Shown in pieces: positions 59,030 through 64,000 of a stretch of 64,000 bases of DNA. This stretch comes from Anaeramoeba ignava BMAN (lineage: Eukaryota; Protista; Anaeramoebae), in assembly GCA_028826165.1 (NCBI GenBank), contig JAPDFW010000076.1, positions 62,001-126,000 on the forward strand, read 5' to 3'. Numbering within the stretch: position 1 is the stretch's first letter; every line of letters begins with the position of its first letter. The notes under the pieces are model-generated. The model saw nothing but the letters and a program-made list of their open reading frames with translations. It had not been told where the DNA came from and ran no database searches. Made by a program: the position numbers and the translations under genes.

Positions 59030-61786
59030 TTTTAAATTTAATTCCACTTTATTTAATAAATTTAATTCCACTTTATTTAATAAATTTAATTCCCTTTTTA
59101 ATAAATTTAATTATATTTAAAAATTTAATTTAATAAATTTAATTCCATTTTATTTTAATAAATTTAATTTAATAAATTTTTAATTTAATAAATTTAATTC
59201 CATTTTATTTAATAAATTTAATTCCACTTTATTTAATAATAAATTTAATTTATTTAATAAATTTAATAAATTTAATTTTTAATTTAATAAATTTATTTAA
59301 TAATTCCATTTTATTTAATAAATTTAATTCCATTTTATTTAATAAATTTAATTCCATATTTTATTTAATAAATTTAATTCCATTTAATTTAATAAATTTT
59401 ATTTTTTATTTAATAAATTTAATTCCATTTTATTTAATAAATTTAATAAATTTAATTCCATTTTATTTAATAAATTTAATAAATTTAATTCCATTTTTAT
59501 TTAATAAATTTAATTCCATTTATTTAATTTAATTCCATTTAATTTAATAAATTTAATTCCATTTTATTTAATAAATTTAATTCCATTTTATTTAATAAAT
59601 TTAATAAATTTAATTCCATTTTTATTTTATTTAATAAATTTTATTTTAAATTTAATTCCACTTAATTTAATAAATTTAATTCCATTTAATTTAATAAATT
59701 TAATTCCATTTAATTTAATAAATTTAATTCCATTTTATTTAATAAATTTAATTCCATTTTATTTAATAAATTTAATTCCATTTTATTTAATAAATTTAAT
59801 TCCATTTTATTTAATAAATTTAATTATATTTTATTTAATAAATTTAATTCCATTTTATTTAATAAATTTAATTCCATTTTATTTAATAAATTTAATTCCA
59901 TTTTATTTAATAAATTTAATTCCATTTATTTAATAAATTTAATTCCATTTTATTTAATAAATTTAATTCCATTTTAATTTAATAAATTTAATTCCACTTA
60001 ATTTAATAAATTTAATTATATTTAATTTAATAAATTTAATTCCATTTTATTTAATAAATTTAATTCCATTTTATTTAATAAATTTAATTCCATTTATTTA
60101 ATAAATTTAATTCCACTTTTTAATAAATTTAATTATATTTAATTTAATAAATTTAATTCCATTTATTTAATAAATTTAATTCCACTTTTTAATAAATTTA
60201 ATTATATTTTTAATTTAATAAATTTAATTCCATTTTAATAAATTTTATTTAATTTAATAAATTTAATTACATTTTTTTTAATAAATTTAATTCCATTTTT
60301 TTTAAATTTAATTCCATTTTATTTAATAAATTTAATTCCATTTTAATTTAATAAATTTAATTCCATTTAATTTAATAAAAATTCCACTTTTATTTAATAA
60401 ATTTAATTCCAATTTAATAAATTTAATTCCATTTAATTTAATAAATTTAATTAATTTTAAATTTAATTCCATTTATTTAATAAATTTAATTCCATTTTAT
60501 TTAATAAATTTAATTAATTTTTTATTTAATAAATTTAATTCCATTTATTTAATAAATTTAATTCCATTTTAATTTAATAAATTTAATTCCATTTTATTTA
60601 ATAAATTTAATTCCATTTTATTTAATAAATTTAATTCCATTTTTATTTAATAAATTTAATTCCATTTTATTTAATAAATTTAATTCCATTTTTATTTAAT
60701 AAATTTAATTATATTCCACTTTATTTAATAAATTTAATTCCATTTTATTTAATAAATTTAATTCCATTTATTTAATAAATTTAATTAAAAAATTTTAATT
60801 CCAATTTATTTAATAAATTTAATTTTTATTTAATATTTAATAAATTTAATTCCATTTAATTTAATAAATTTAATTCCATTTAATTTAATAAATTTAATTC
60901 CATTTTATTTAATAAATTTAATTTAATTTAATAAATTTAATTATATTTAATTTAATAAATTTAATTATATTTAATTTAAATTTAATAAATTTAATAATTC
61001 CATTTTATTTAATAAATTTAATTCCATTTTAATTTAATAAATTTAATTCCATTTTATTTAATAAATTTAATTATATTTAATAAATTTAATTCCATTTTAA
61101 ATTTAAATAAATTTAATTCCACTTTTTAATAAATTTAATTCCATTTAATTTAATAAATTTTTACTTTTTAATAAATTTAATTCCATTTTATTTAATAAAT
61201 TTAATTCCACTTTTTTAAATTTAATTCCATTTAATTTAATAAATTTAATTCCATTTTTAATAAATTTAATTCCATTTATTTAATAAATTTAATTCCATTT
61301 TATTTAATAAATTTAATTCCAATTTTAATAAATTTAATTCCATTTTAATTTAATAAATTTAATTCCACTTTATTTAATAAATTTAATTCCATATTTAATA
61401 AATTTAATTCCACTTTATTTAATAAATTTAATTATATTTAATTTAATAAATTTAATTCCATTTTATTTAATAAATTTAATTCCAATTTTATTTAATAAAT
61501 TTAATTATATTTAATTTAATAAATTTAATTCCATTTAATTTAATAAATTTAATTCCATTTAATTTAATAAATTTAATTCCACTTTATTTAATAAATTTAA
61601 TTCCACTTTATTTAATAAATTTAATTCCATTTTATTTAATAAATTTAATTCCATTTAATAAATTTAATTCCATTTAATTTAATAAATTTAATTCCATTTT
61701 ATTTAATAAATTTAATTATATTTTATTTAATAAATTTAATTCTATTTAATTTAATAAATTTAATTCCACTTTTTTTAATAAATTTT
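59030..61786. repeat. ~24-bp satellite ATTTAATAAATTTAATTCCATTTT, about 2.75 kb
   Basis: Direct reading of the sequence. Confidence 0.93.
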
Positions 61787-61799
61787 TCCTTTTTTTTAT

Positions 61800-61833
61800 T
61801 TTTCATTTTTCATTTTTCATTTTTCATTTTTCA
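61800..61833 (+). promoter_or_regulatory. Tandem TCATTTT initiator-like motifs directly before the ATG
   Basis: (TTTTTCA)x5 abuts the ATG at 61834. The same motif precedes most genes in the window on their sense strand. Confidence 0.55.
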
Positions 61834-62568
61834 ATGAATCCATCACAAAAACAAAATTTAAACATTGATAATTTTCAAGAAAAAGATCAATCAACAGAAC
61901 AAAACGAAACACAAGAAATAACACAACCAATAATTTCTGAATTTAAAAACTTATTAGGAAATAAAATAAACCAAAATAACGAAGAAAAAAAAAAAGAAAT
62001 TGAAGAAATAACAAAAAATTACGAGAATTCATCAAAAAAACTATTTCAAAACTTGCAAAAAAGCATGCAAGAAGTAACAACACAATCAATGGAAAAAATA
62101 ATACATGAAACAGTTTCAAAATCATTGAATTCAGTTCAATTGAATCCAAGTCAAATTTTCCCTCAAGATTTATCAAAAATTTTCGACGATTCTTTGAATA
62201 GTATTCTTATGGATCAAGAATTTATTCACAATATTACAGACCAAATTTATAATCAAATGTCTCAATCAATCAAAAATCAAATTTCATTAGGTTTGCATCA
62301 GCGCTTTCTTAATCAACATGAACAAAAAATGCAACTATTTTCCCAAAATATCATTCAAGAATTATTTACTGAAATGAATAATATTGTTCAAAAAATGAAT
62401 TTGGAATTTCAAAACAAACAAGAAAAGGAAATGCTATCGTTTGAACAACAAGTTAATCAAAAATTAACAAATTTTGAAAAAGAAATTATTGATGAAAGTG
62501 CTCAAAAATTTAACCAAATTTCTCAAAAATATAATCAAAATTTCCAAACAAATCAATATTTTAAATAA
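61834..62568 (+). CDS. Gln-rich helical/coiled-coil hypothetical protein
   Basis: 244-aa ATG-initiated ORF with an upstream TCATTTT cluster; no family recognised. Confidence 0.7.
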   Translation: MNPSQKQNLNIDNFQEKDQSTEQNETQEITQPIISEFKNLLGNKINQNNEEKKKEIEEITKNYENSSKKLFQNLQKSMQEVTTQSMEKIIHETVSKSLNSVQLNPSQIFPQDLSKIFDDSLNSILMDQEFIHNITDQIYNQMSQSIKNQISLGLHQRFLNQHEQKMQLFSQNIIQELFTEMNNIVQKMNLEFQNKQEKEMLSFEQQVNQKLTNFEKEIIDESAQKFNQISQKYNQNFQTNQYFK

Positions 62569-62669
62569 TTTTTTTTTTTAAAAAAGAAAAACAAATCCAA
62601 ATTTAAAATAAAATTCAATTGAATTTTTTAATTAAATTCTTTTTTTTCTTTTTAAAAATTTTTTTTCTT

Positions 62670-64000
62670 TTAATCTTTATCAAATTGTTTTGGTGTTTTT
62701 GGAGTTTTTGGAGTAAAATCTTCAAAACTTAAATCTTCGAGTTGTTCTTTTGTAAGTCTTAAATTTTCTCGATCAAAATCTTGATCACTTGAAAAATCTT
62801 GGAAATCTAAATCTTGGAAATCATCTTTTTCAAAATTATCATCTTTTTCAAAATTATCATCATTTAAATCATTTTCATCATTTAAATTATTTTCATCTTT
62901 TAAATCTTTTTCATCTTTTATATCTTTTATATCTTTTAAATCTTTTAAATCTTTTTCATCTTTTTCATCTTTTAAATCTTTTAAATTTTTTCATCTTTTA
63001 TATCTTTTTCATCTTTTAAATCTTTTATATCTTTTTCATCTTTTCATCTTTTAAATCTTTTTCATCTTTTATATCTTTTTCATCTTTTACATCTTTTAAA
63101 TCTTTTTCATCTTTTTCATCTTTTAAATCTTTTATATCTTTTATATCTTTTTCATCTTTTTCATCTTTTAAATCTTTTATATCTTTTTCATCTTTTTCAT
63201 CTTTTAAATCTTTTACATCTTTTAAATCTTTTTCATCTTTTAAATCTTTTAAATCTTTTAAATCTTTTAAATCTTTTAAATCTTTTTCATCTTTTAAATC
63301 TTTTACATCTTTTTCATCTTTTAAATCTTTTTCATCTTTTTCATCGTTTACATGCTTTGCATCTTGTAAATCATTTAAATCTTTTTCATCTTTCGCGTAC
63401 ATTTCATACTTGTCAATTTTTAAATCTTTTCTCTGTTTTGTATCTTTCTTGATAAGTAAAGGAACACTATTTCCTCGACTTCTTATTGAACCAGTTTTAT
63501 CACAATATTGCTTTTCAATATATTTCTTTTGAAAAAATTCTTTTTTTTGCTGTATTGATGATTGAGGATTTGGCTTATCTTCCTTTGGCATCAATTTCTC
63601 CCAAACTGAATTACCCTTTTTATTACCAAGCATTTTAAGAAATTGTTCATCATTTCTGCTAAGATTTGAAATGGGAGAAATGTTTGAAAATTGCTCACAT
63701 TCAGTGTGAATTTGTGCACATTCTTGACAAAAAAACATCCCCAAAGTTAAACTTGCATAAACAACTTCTGGATTATTACAATCTCCACATTTTTGGTTAA
63801 AAAATGACTTGAATCTCTTCTTTTTTTCTAGGTCATCAAATGAAGACTCGCGCATTTTTTGAATTTTTGAAAGTAGTTTCATCAAATTATTTCGAATTTG
63901 GTTGATGCAAGTGAGAGAATTATCAATTGATTTTGTTGTTATTGCATATTTTACGTCTTTAAATTCAAATTTGATTTTATTTTCCGATTCCAATTTCACA
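62670..64000 (-). CDS. ArfGAP-domain protein (5' partial) with a KD(L/E/I/V) repeat tail; two apparent single-base deletions in the repeat
   Basis: NQKCGDCNNPEVVYASLTLGMFFCQECAQIH (CxxC-x16-CxxC), LGNKKGNSVWE, FFQKKYIEKQY. Coding-like sequence resumes and runs to TAA at 62670-62672. Confidence 0.85.

Noticed and set aside
59030-61786. CRISPR-like array of ~24-bp repeats
   Set aside because: The repeats are head-to-tail with no unique spacers, there are no cas genes, and the context is eukaryotic.
503-64000. Alternative genetic code (stop-codon reassignment)
   Set aside because: Apparent in-frame stops are resolved by introns or homopolymer indels. Genes end in TAA, TGA or TAG, and Trp is encoded by TGG at conserved sites.

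Overview
An extremely AT-rich eukaryotic (protist) nuclear window with GT-AG spliceosomal introns. About one third of it (roughly 21 kb by my count) is simple or tandem repeat, lying between genes and inside introns. The (AATCAA)n Asn-Gln tracts and the Trichomonas-like TCATTTT initiator motifs suggest a metamonad such as Anaeramoeba; this is an inference, not a verified assignment. Splicing by hand recovers about 21 genes, many missed or fragmented by the ORF track: a Ras-family GTPase, MED31, RPP21, a FOR20/FOP-like LisH protein, the meiotic helicase MER3, ATG13, a SAP-motif protein, RRP45, RAB3GAP2, a TOM1/GPR137-like 7TM protein, a PITAIRE CDK, a PH+RRM protein, pICln, an EFM7/NNT1-Nudix fusion, a secreted beta-propeller and an ArfGAP. 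The most notable observations are: (1) two dispersed orphan proteins that share an unrecognised C-terminal domain resembling an HSF/IBP39-type winged helix, alongside tandem TCATTTT motifs upstream of most start codons; (2) a methyltransferase-Nudix fusion; (3) an 1105-aa prenylatable protein built from nine SH3b-like repeats; (4) a 'ghost' tandem gene copy interleaved with a ~144-bp satellite; (5) frequent AAG splice acceptors and ATG-only first exons. I found no RNA genes, CRISPR arrays, inteins or recognisable transposons.
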